Assembly (NCBI RefSeq): GCF_001194135.2
Contig: NC_068985.1
Coordinates: 64,008,147 to 64,072,146, forward strand
Length of the DNA stretch: 64,000 nucleotides
Direction: 5' to 3'
Origin: Octopus bimaculoides
Taxonomy: Eukaryota
Below are positions 50,266 through 61,649 of the stretch, one piece after another. The notes beneath the pieces are model-generated. The model did no database searches. It was not told where the DNA came from and was given only the letters and a program-made list of their open reading frames with translations. The stretch's first letter is position 1. Every line of letters starts with the position of its first letter. The translations under genes and the position numbers were made by a program.

Positions 50266-53196
50266 GGGCATGTAACTGTATCAGACTGTGTGCTTAAGTG
50301 TGTTTGTGAGTGTGCATGTAACTGTATGAGATTGTGAGTGTTTGTATGTGTATGTAACTGTATGAGACTATGTGCGTACACACATGTATGAGGCTGGGTG
50401 TTTGTGTGTCTCTGCATAACCAGAAATAACTAAATTAATATTTTACAAATTGTGAGCATGTATATATGATATAATGAAGGAAATTGTTGTATACAGTGCT
50501 CAGGTGCACTACAACTAAAAAAAAAAAAAGCCATAAGGTGTACTGTTGGCAGATTTCAGGAAGCATGGCACTTTTGAAGGATGTGGTGTCTCAACAGCTA
50601 ACAACTGATGTGATTAGTTTATTCCATGCTTCAGCAATTCAGAGCATGAAAAAATGTTTCTGAAAGTCATTGGTGCTGTGTTGTTTTTTGATCTTATAAG
50701 CATGTCCGTGAGTGTTTGTCATATGGAATTTAAAAAGGTGCCCAAGGTTGTTGTTGGGAAGATGGTGGATAAGCTTTCTTGTTTATAATAAACTTCATTT
50801 TACATTGCTTACCTACAAGAGATTATGTCTGATCTTTAGCATCACAGGATCACAGGAAAAGTTGTTGATAAGAATCATCAATGAAAACAAAGCTGATAAA
50901 TACACACAGATGTAGCAAATTAAGTTTAATTACCAATAAACATCAGCTTCGGTGACACTTTACTCAACCGAGTAAAATATGTAAAATATGGTCCAGACCA
51001 TGATTACCAGTATGTACATCAGACTTCAAAAAGTAGTTAACCATTTCATGGTTTTAGTAAATTTATACAGAGAAAGTGAGCATTATACCAACCAGCATAA
51101 ATAAAAGTCAACTTCATCGTATTTAAGTTCATTAAATGAGTCAACTTCTGGTGCGAATGTTTACATTTTGTATGTCTTTTTACAACAAAAATAATTTCTA
51201 AAAAAATTCTGGAAATGATCTAGTCATGTAATTTACGCACCCACTAAAGTTCATTTTTATTTCTACAAAAAAAAAGTGCATGAATTACATGGGTTTTTAT
51301 GGTACTTAGATTCTTAAGTTTCAGCCAGTATTGGCCCAGGCCATGTCTAACTTAATAGCACCATATCAGAAATATTATTGATATATTGTAAATAGCAAGA
51401 TGGATTGGGTTTTTTCCAATCAGAGACAGAGACAGTTTGGTATGTATCTTCTCTAACACCTTACAATGTCTATCTGTATCTTTACTAAGATCTATATTCA
51501 GTACAGATTTTAGTTGGATTGCATTAAGGATATACCAAATAATTAAGGTGGCACCAAGTAAAAATGATAATTAGCAAGTAAATTCCATATGAGGTTTTAT
51601 ACTAAGCTAAAATATGGTAGTTCAAAAAATATTTGGCTCTGCATAGAAAAACCCTATCTTCAGAAGTAACCTTGATGCAAGATGCTGTAAGTCAGGTATC
51701 ATAGAATTTCACCACAATGCACTGTCTAGATGATTTACATTTGTTAGTAACTAGAATAGTAATTGTATCTTCAGTGAACAGCCACATAACAAGTAGAGGT
51801 GGGGGGAGAAAAAAGAGATGATATATGTAGTGGTGTTGTAGTGAAGAATGAGAACTAGTGTCATCTAGTGGAAACAGAAATAAAGAAAAGAAGACAGTTT
51901 TGTGTCATCCCTCATAATAGAAAGTTGAGAGGCTATTGTTTATCAGAATTACTGTTAGGAAGTTGTACTAGAGAAGCTAACCAAGAACGTTTGGCAGGAA
52001 CCCAGAAGATGTTGCAGCTTGAAAGTTATGAGAACTTTTCCAGATACCTCTTCAATGAATCTATCATCAGCTTCTATTATTATTTTCTACTGCCACCTCT
52101 GCCCCCTCCCCAAACCACCTCTAACAAAAAGGATACTTTTGTTAAATGTTAGAGTGGGATGAATAATGTTATATTCTATTTTTCTCTATTCCTCAACAAC
52201 AGCAATAACAAGAACTGTTGGCTAGCCTGAAGTTATGTTTTATAGACATTAAGATAAAAATTTTCACTTAACATTCACATATATAAATAATACAAAATGG
52301 GATAAGAACGTAAAACATCCAGACAGCTAGGTGATACAAAGGAGGACAACAAAACATCCAGATAAACGATACAAAGAAAACAGGGATGGGTCATTCGGAG
52401 TTTTCTTTCCTCAGTCGAGTTCCAGAATATATTTGCAATTTTGGCTGGTTATATTCGAGATTGCTCCAATCTGGCCAGTCCCAAGGAAAAACTAAGCTAA
52501 GAGCATTAGATTCTTTGGAAGAAAGCAGTGAATGTATACGAAAAAAAGGACGGAAAAAAAAACGGAGAATGTTAAACAAATACAAATAACAGAACGTAAC
52601 AACAGGTGTCTTCCAACTAACATATTTACATATATGTATATATACGCATATATAAATATATATAAAGGAGACCACTAGGTGGACTGCTAAAGTGCTAGAA
52701 GATCACATGTAATGTGCTTACTAAGACCAAATTGTTATCAAATGGAATTTAGCGATGTAACAAAAACATATTTGGGCAAGACAAGTGAAAATTACATAAA
52801 AAAATACAATTATCTGCAAACTAGTTTCGAAATTAAAATTTTCTTACCGAAAATATCTGTTTCTCATCAGTACAGACCATTGAATAAGTACAATTTACAG
52901 AATCGCATACTAGTTGCATGCCACAAGTGGAGAACGTGTACACGGTTCTGTTAAATTATACTTATGGTAAGATTCGAAAGTCTTTGTTTTTGCGCGCAAA
53001 ATCCGGAAATATCTCCGCAGAAAAAGGTTTCCATATCGAATATACCAACATAAATAACTCCATTTATTTAATCTTATATATATATATATATATATANNNN
53101 NNNNNNNNNNNNNNNNNNNNNNNNNNNNNNNNNNNNNNNNNNNNNNNNNNNNNNNNNNNNNNNNNNNNNNNNNNNNNNNNNNNNNNNNNNNNNNNN

Positions 53197-55605
53197 GGCT
53201 GGTGTAAAGTCCCCTCTCGACCCAAAGTAACATGGTGGTGGAACAAGGGGGTAGACAGGGTTATTAAAATAAAGAAACGGGCTTGGAAGGACTGGAAGAA
53301 CGGTGGGAGCAGGGAATTGTATCAGACTGCCAGAAGGGAAGCTAGGCGACAGGTTTATTTAACTAGAGGGCAAGCACATAAGAAAAAATTTGCCAATGTT
53401 CTGCGCCGTAACGACCAAACACTTGAAGTATTTCGTGTTGCAAGGCAGTGTGTGCAAGAGAACCATGATGTTGTAGGAGAGAAATGTTTTCACATGGATG
53501 ATGGTACACTTGCACTAAACGAGGCTGCAAAGAAAGAGGTTTCGAGACGCCACTACGAAAGATTGCTCAATAAAGAGAATGAATGGGAGAAAGAGAGTCT
53601 GCTGAATGTTGATAAAGCAATTAAGAGTATGAAAACAGGGAAAGCCTTCGGCCCATCAGGAAACACTGCAGAGATGCTCAAAATATTTGGCAGTGTCAGC
53701 TATAGCCTAGTCACCTGTATTGCTAACCAGGTGATACACGAAGGAGTCATATCCAATGACTGGTGTAGCAGCACCATTATTAACTGCTACAAAGGTAAAG
53801 GTGACGCTTTAGATACAAATAATTACAGAGGTATCAAATTGTTAGTAATGAAAGTCACGGAGAGGGTCTTAGCCCAACTAATTAGGGAGCAAGTTAGTTT
53901 AGATGAGATGCAGTTTGGGTTTGTGCCAGGGAAAAGCACCACTGATCCTATATTTCTGGTAAGACAGCTGCAGGAGAAATACCTAGCCAAGGATAAACCT
54001 CTGTACCTGGCTTTCGTTGACATGGAGAAAGCCTTTGACAGGGTCCCCCGATCCTTTATCTGGTGGTCAATGAGGAAACTCGGTATAAAAGAATGGTTAG
54101 TGATGACCATGCACTAATTGCTGAGTCACTATCAGAACTAGAGGAGAAATTTCAAGTGTTGAAGCAGGGACTAGAATCGAAGGGCCTTGGAGTCAACCTA
54201 GCTAAAACCAAAGTCCTAATAAGTAGGAAGGTAGACAAAACACAAACCCCTTCAGGTAGATGGCCCTGCTCGATCTGTAGAAAAGGTGTAGGTAGAAACT
54301 CTATAAGATGTACCCAGTGCAAGCTGTGGACACATAAGAGGTGCAGCAATATCAAAGGCAGGTTAACTAGGAAGTTAGTTTTTGTATGTGGCAGATGTTC
54401 AGGTGCAATAAACACTGTAAATATGCAGAAAACAACTTCTGTCTCATTCCAGGGAGGAAAACTATATATAGTTGATAGCTTCCACCATCTGGATGACCAA
54501 GTTAGTAGTGGGGGAGGGTGCGCTGAAAGTGTAGCTGCTAGAATAAGAATAGCCTGGGCAAAGTTCAGAGAGCTCTTACCTCTGCTGGCTACAAAGGGAC
54601 TCTCACTCAGAGTAAAAGGCAGACTGTATGACACATGTGTACAAACAGCCATGCTACATGGCAGTGAGACATGGGCCGTGACTGCTGAGTACATTCGTAA
54701 GCTCGAAAAGAATGAAGCCAGTATGCTCCGATTGATGTGTAATGTCAGTGTGCATACTCGACAGAGTGTAAGCACCTTGAGAGATAAGTTGAACCTAAGA
54801 AGCATCAGTTGCAGTGTGCAAGAGAGACGATTTCGCTGGTATGGTCACGTGGCGAGGATGGATGAGGATAGCTGTGTGAAAAAGTGCCACACCCTAGCAG
54901 TTGAGAGAACCTGTGGAAGAGGCAGGCCCAGGAAGACCTGGGATGAGGTGGTGAGGCACAACCTTCAAACATTGGGCCTCAATGAGACGATGACTTCTGA
55001 CCGAGACCTTTGGAAATATGCTGCGCTTGAGAAGAGCCGGCAAGCCAAGTAAGACCTAAATTCAAGGCCTCTGCGAGGGATGTAGGCAGCCCACTTACGC
55101 GTAACATTCCTTCATTGGACACTAAACTCTGCTTGCGAAGACCTGTTGAAGCAAGTGAAATCGAAATCGAACTAAATTCGACGACTGGCCCCCATACCAA
55201 CGTCTCCTTCATTGGACACTAAACTTAGCTTGCGAAGACCTGTTGGGGCATGTGAAAGTGAAATTGTGAGGGCACCACCGTTCGAGCATGATTGTTACCA
55301 GCGTTGTCTTCCTGGCACTAGTGCCAGTGGCACCTGAAAAATCATTCGAGCGAGATCGTTACCAGTGCCGCTGGACTGGTTCTTGTGCAGGTGGCACATA
55401 AAATACACCATTTTGAGCATGACCGTTGCCAGTACCGCCTGAGTGGCCTTCTCGGAGTGGTTGGCTTTAGGAAGGCCTTCCAGCTGTAGAAACTCTGCCA
55501 AATCAGATTGGAGCCTGGTGTAGCCATCTGGTTTCACCAATCCTCAGTCAAATCGTCCAACCCATGCTAGCATGGAAAGCGGACGTTAAACGATGATGAT
55601 GATGA
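53197..55605 (+). mobile_element. RTE LINE (copy 1): ORF2 3' part, 3'UTR and (GAT)n tail
   Basis: NNYRGIKLL, QFGFVPGKSTTD, LAFVDMEKAFDRVP, MLHGSETW, RWYGHVARM, RGRPRKTW; stop at 55052; tail gatgatgatgat. Relative to the 63-kb copy, about 190 bp carrying the QGSVLS and YADD motifs is deleted at a tga microhomology (about 54101). Confidence 0.93.
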
Positions 55606-55613
55606 TATATATA

Positions 55614-57148
55614 CAGTGGGGGGTAATAAATATTCGTACATGTCAAAATTCTTTATTTAATTTCTAATGAACATAAATGGGATATACCAATACTATATTT
55701 GCATAAACATGCATAAACTAAGAATATGCAAAAGAAACTAATAAATTATAGTAACTAAGGAATTTATATTCAATGAAAAAAGTATTCGTACAGAACATAA
55801 ATAATCGATAATTTTGATTTAATACTTCGTAGCATAACCATTATTCAGTTCCACTTCAACCAATCACTTCTTGTTGTTCTTAATCAATGACTCGCATCTT
55901 TCTTTAGGAATTTTTTCCCATTCTTCTTGACTAATTTTCTTCAAATTTGGAATGTATGTTGGGGCTCTTGAATGAATTTTAATTTTCAAATAACGCCACA
56001 AATTTTCAATGGGGTTCGAGTCAGGTGACTGGCTTGGCCATTCTAATAATTTTATATTGTGATCGACAACACATGTTTTGGTAGACTTCGCCATGTGCTT
56101 CGGGCCATTATCCTGTTGTAAAACCCGCCTTTCACAAAGCTGGAGCTTTTCTACAGAGTCCTATAAATTATTGTTCAAAATATTTTGGTACATCTCTGCA
56201 TTCATTCTACCATCTATCGCATGTAAATTGCCAGTGCCATTCGAAGAGAAACACCCCCACATGATGTTGCCACCTCCAAACNNNNNNNNNNNNNNNNNNN
56301 NNNNNNNNNNNNNNNNNNNNNNNNNNNNNNNNNNNNNNNNNNNNNNNNNNNNNNNNNNNNNNNNNNNNNNNNNNNNNNNNNNNNNNNNNNNNNNNNNNNN
56401 NNNNNNNNNNNNNNNNNNNNNNNNNNNNNNNNNNNNNNNNNNNNNNNNNNNNNNNNNNNNNNNNNNNNNNNNNNNNNNNNNNNNNNNNNNNNNNNNNNNN
56501 NNNNNNNNNNNNNNNNNNNNNNNNNNNNNNNNNNNNNNNNNNNNNNNNNNNNNNNNNNNNNNNNNNNNNNNNNNNNNNNNNNNNNNNNNNNNNNNNNNNN
56601 NNNNNNNNNNNNNNNNNNNNNNNNNNNNNNNNNNNNNNNNNNNNNNNNNNNNNNNNNNNNNNNNNNNNNNNNNNNNNNNNNNNNNNNNNNNNNNNNNNNN
56701 NNNNNNNNNNNNNNNNNNNNNNNNNNNNNNNNNNNNNNNNNNNNNNNNNNNNNNNNNNNNNNNNNNNNNNNNNNNNNNNNNNNNNNNNNNNNNNNNNNNN
56801 NNNNNNNNNNNNNNNNNNNNNNNNNNNNNNNNNNNNNNNNNNNNNNNNNNNNNNNNNNNNNNNNNNNNNNNNNNNNNNNNNNNNNNNNNNNNNNNNNNNN
56901 NNNNNNNNNNNNNNNNNNNNNATTTTGTGGCATAGAAACTCATAAATTTATTCTGTACGAATACTTTTTTCACCCCTAAATATTTATAATTGTATATAAA
57001 TTCTTTAGTTACTATAATTTATTAGTTTCTTTTGCATATTCTTAGTATATGCATGTGTATGCAAATATAGTATTGGTATATCCTATTTATGTTCATTAGA
57101 AATTAAATAAAGAATTTTGACATGTACGAATATTATTTCCCCCCACTG
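55614..57148 (-). mobile_element. Tc1 transposon (DD34E), middle lies in an N gap
   Basis: About 190-bp TIRs (cagtgggggg.aataa.tattcgtacatgtcaaaattc) with TA on both flanks. [11 protein letters not shown] and QD-(34 aa)-E in WPSQSPDSNPIENLW. Confidence 0.92.
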
Positions 57149-57215
<67 letters not shown>

Positions 57216-57633
57216 TATACAGACACGTACATAGATATATGCAACACAATGGCCTAGAACAAATTGCCTAGGAAATATCACTATCTCTAATAGGACATTC
57301 CCTTATCTCTATCTTCTATGACACAAGCTGCAGATTGATGCAACACAATTAGATGTACAAAATCCTACTCATAACAGATAGTTGCACGATGGGTTGAAAC
57401 AATAGTCGTACTGAATGAAGACTTGTGCTAAATCTATCTTCCGTTTCCTTCATCATTATTACATGTACATACCTATAGATATACATGGAAACAGTTTTGA
57501 GTTGGTGACAGGAAAGGCATCCAGTCACAGAAACAGCCTCAGTAAACACTGGAAACATGGAAAACTGGACATTAAAGAATGATGATGACAATCATCATCA
57601 TTGAAAGTCTACTTTCCAACCTGGCATGGGTCG

Positions 57634-57770
<137 letters not shown>

Positions 57771-57899
57771 TTGCCCCCCCATACCTACTATTACCCCCAA
57801 CTTCAGAACAGATGTCAATATGTTTATATTCGAGTAACTTAGCAGTTTGACAAAAAGAGAATTGAGTACATGCACGCATAACTGAGGACGTGTGTATAT

Positions 57900-59050
57900 G
57901 TATACTTTTTTTTTTATATAGTGGTATAAATACAATTAAGATTAAAAAGGATAACACAAGAACAGTGTTTGACAAATCATGTATTAGGTTACTGCTGTAA
58001 CGAAAATCGAAAACAACGTTTCATACGTTAGTCCTTCATCAGAAGAAATAAGCACAGAAACATTAAAAAGAAATATAGTGAAGAAAAATAACCAAACGTT
58101 TAGAAGCCAGGTGGGAAGTGAGTAGCTACAAAGGGAGAAAAGTCGAATGTGTAGATGCAAATATGAGGGGAAGCAGCCATAAGAGGTGGTGTTAGTGTCA
58201 TGTATATACGTATTGAGATGTGAGATGTGCAAAAGCGTTGTTGGTGCCTGCATGTAACCATTAGGCAGATGGTGTGAAAACGTGTATATGAGGAGGTGGG
58301 GGCGGATGGATATAGNNNNNNNNNNNNNNNNNNNNNNNNNNNNNNNNNNNNNNNNNNNNNNNNNNNNNNNNNNNNNNNNNNNNNNNNNNNNNNNNNNNNN
58401 NNNNNNNNNNNNNNNNNNNNNNNNNNNNNNNNNNNNNNNNNNNNNNNNNNNNNNNNNNNNNNNNNNNNNAGGCAGATGGTGTGAAAACGTGTATATGAGG
58501 AGGTGGGGGCGGATGGATATAGGAATTAGATGAAGGGCATAGAATGGCAAGAGCAATGTGGTGTTATCTTGATGTGTGGAGTGCGCAAGTGTATAATAAA
58601 AGTACGTTCGGGGTGTATATACATATTCTCATGTATATATATATATATATATATATACATATATGGTATACACGATTTATTCACATACACACATTTCTAA
58701 GAACTGCTGGAGTAGGTTTCAAAAAAGTACAATATCAGACATTGGTAGAATTTTGTGTGAAGTTTCGGCCTTATAAGTGGAGTGTTAGTGTAGTCAGAAT
58801 TGTTGTGTTTCCTGTAGAGTTACAGTTGAGTATCAACTGTTAGTGTTGTGTAAGGAGTGTGTAGTATTGAGTGGAGTGCGAGGTGTACTATGTGAAATGT
58901 GCATGGAGTGGCCTGTAAGTAGTGTTATATGTGTATGTAGTATTGTATGTTGCTTGTTATATGGGTGAAGTGGTGTTATAGATCGTGAATTATTTGTAGA
59001 ATAGTCTATAAAAAGTATATACGGAATGTTTTATGTGAAAGTCTGTATCA
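57900..59050 (-). mobile_element. Possible 3'-terminal remnant of a Penelope-like element
   Basis: Pyrimidine/CA-rich minus strand similar in style to 47700-48480, ending in a decayed CTGATGA...GAAACGTT motif at 58042-58015. No coding remnant seen. Confidence 0.35.
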
Positions 59051-59324
59051 GGGATGGTGTTATTATTTGAAATTACCGTTCTTTAATTTGTACGTAATTA
59101 ATGTTGTATCCTTATCAGCTCACACAAAAAGTATATTAGAATTTTTTTAAACATTTTATCCAAGAGACATCGAGAAAAGAAGAGGGGGAATTGACCGCGC
59201 ATACACACNNNNNNNNNNATAACACATACACATTTTTTGACAAGGACTTTCGGGATATGGAAATCCTTTTCTAATGAGTATATTTCGGTCTTTGAGTAAT
59301 GTAGTGGAGATAAGAAATACTCAC

Positions 59325-59379
59325 GTTCTTTTTCGTGATCATATCCAACAACGACGAAGTAGTCAGCCAGACGAGACAT
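59325..59379 (-). CDS. SBF2: First coding exon of a SET-binding factor / myotubularin-related 13 (SBF1/SBF2-type DENN-domain pseudophosphatase) gene
   Basis: Minus strand reads gtcATG TCT CGT CTG GCT GAC TAC TTC GTC GTT GTT GGA TAT GAT CAC GAA AAA GAA C|GTGAGT = MSRLADYFVVVGYDHEKE. This closely matches the human SBF2 N-terminus as I recall it (MARLADYFIVVGYDHEKP). The exon is 55 nt, followed by a phase-1 consensus donor at 59324-59319. Invertebrates usually have a single SBF, so the paralogue label is nominal. Confidence 0.92.
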
Positions 59380-60000
59380 GACATCTAGCTCCAAGACTTT
59401 ATACTCCGACTAGCTAAAGCCATTACATGGTCGCCATCTTGTTGCTACTACTGATACTATTGCCGCTGATGCCGGGGGGAGGCGATACTACTGCACTATT
59501 ACTGCTACTACCAGGGTTTCTACTGCACTGTTACTGCCGCTGCTACCATGGGTTCGACTGCATTACTACTGCTATCAGGGGTTCTACTGCTGCTTATAAA
59601 AATGTTGCTAATGTTGATGCTACAATTAGAGATACTACAAATGCTGCTACTAAGGATATACAGCACTACTGCTGCTATTGATGCTGATGATGATGACAGA
59701 CACTGCACTACAGCTGATAGTACTGAAGATACTACTTATGTTATTAATGATGCTACAGTTGCAGTTACTACAACTGCTGCTGCTGACTTACTGACTGTCA
59801 GTATTATTACTGCCGCTACTGACTGTAAAAGGTTTCGATGGAATCGACTGTTCGTTGACGCTAGAGATACACATACACAGGGACATACCTATATACACAT
59901 ACACATGAACATATACAGTTGGCTAGTTAGTCGGTGGGCGGGCGTCAGCTGCTGACTTTTCGCCAAGGGAAATAATCACAATATTACAAAAGGGAAACGA
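59380..60000 (-). promoter_or_regulatory. Putative promoter / 5' leader of SBF
   Basis: Locally GC/CpG-richer DNA just upstream of the start codon. Contains a GGGCGG box at 59936-59941, a GTCAGC-T-GCTGAC dyad at 59944-59956 and a YY1/Pho-like CAAGATGGCG at 59441-59432 (minus). The TSS cannot be determined from sequence. Confidence 0.55.
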
Positions 60001-60848
60001 CCTACCAGCTTGACAGATTTGTCATACCGTAATATTAGGGTACCTACAAAAGCTCTGCAACACACACACACATATTTATATATATATATATATAATGTAC
60101 ATTTTAGATATTTTTTATAAAGCCAAAACAATGCAAGCTGTAAAAAATTAACAATACAAGTCAATGGTTAGTACTATTACATAGTATTTCAATATATGAT
60201 CATTAGGATCCCTACTTAAAGAGATTTATGGAGATAAGATGTACTATTAACTTTTATAATTTGCATTATACTATAAAACAATATTTAAAACATATATGTG
60301 TATATCAGACAGTGCTTCATCGAAATTATGCTACTTTAATATATGCGTACGTGTTACATTATGTTTCAATCATGGGACTGCGAATATAATGAATCCCCTT
60401 CATGAAGTTATTAATGAAACAAGTACGTATCTGATACTTATTCCGTAGGTAATTGGTACCGAAACTCTTAAGTTCCGAGGATGTAAACAAACTAACTCTG
60501 GTTGTCAAGCGGTGTGGGGGAATACACAAAGAAATACGCGAACGCATACATACATACATACATACATACATACATACATAGGAACCAGGTTTCTGTGTAA
60601 ATTCACTCACAAGACATATGGCATTCGAACCTCTAGGGTATGCCCTGGCACTTGCCACTATCTACATCTCTCTCTTCTTTTACTCAACCATCCCATTTTT
60701 ATTCTGATCCCGGCTCTTGTGAGTATGCCTGGCATTTTGCCACCATCTCTATCCTGCTGTCTGCCACACTGTCTCTCTCCTCCTGCACTTTCCTCAGGTT
60801 GGGTAACCATGTATTTCCTTTGCAGTAGCGCACCAGTTTCTATCTTCA

Positions 60849-60888
<40 letters not shown>

Positions 60889-60949
60889 CCAGGTAACCTT
60901 GTACTTCCTCTACAGCAAAACACCTGTTTCTCTCTCTGTCTTACTATAA

Positions 60950-61640
60950 CCTTTCATCATCCGACACAAGATCACCTCCTCCAATGCCCCCTCCCCTCTT
61001 GAAAGGTTTTTTTTTGTCTTGCAAATACTTGGTGACCCTGTCAGTACAGGTGTCGGTGTTTGGAAGGACAACCAGCTGTAAAAACCTTGTCAAAACTGAC
61101 CTCGCTTGTGCTTGTGCCGCATAAAAAGCACTAATTCCACTCTGCGGAGTAGTTGGTGTTAGGAAGGACATTCAGCTGTAGAAATATTGTCAAAACAGTC
61201 ACAGAAATCTGGTGCAGGCTTCTGCCTGGCCAGCTCTTGTGAAACCGTCCTACCCATGCTAGCATGGAAGGTGAACGGTAAACAATGATGATGATGAAGG
61301 CATTGATTGGCCCAGGGCTATTGTAAAAGACACTTACCCAAGGTGTTACACAGTGGGATTGAATCCAAAATCATGTGGTTGCAAGGCAAGCTTCTTTACA
61401 ACATAACTATGACTGTGCCTTTATCTTATTTTTTATCTATTACTGTTTCAGTCATGAGACTGTGGCCATGCTGGGGCACCACCTTAAAGAGTTTTTAGTT
61501 CAACAATTCCATCCCAGTACTTATTTTTTTAATCCTGATACTTATTCTATTGATCTTTCTGCCAAACTGCCAAGTGATGGAGACATAAACAAACCAGCAC
61601 CAATTGTCAAACAGTGATAGGGGACAAACACATATACATA
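60950..61640. mobile_element. RTE-tailed SINE-like fragment (plus) followed by SINE family 2 pieces
   Basis: cccatgctagcatggaagg...gatgatgatg tail at about 61295, then gacacttacccaagg and ttcagtcatgagactgtggccatgctgg segments. Confidence 0.6.
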
Positions 61641-61649
61641 CATACAGGT

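Noticed and set aside
52385-52425. Minus-strand CTGAGGA...CCGAA as another hammerhead
   Set aside because: No GAAA with a stem III/NUH arrangement and no stem I pairing.
59098-59394. 98-aa ORF extending SBF exon 1 at both ends
   Set aside because: The upstream 'start' is TTG, and the part after 59325 is read-through past a consensus GTGAGT donor into the intron.
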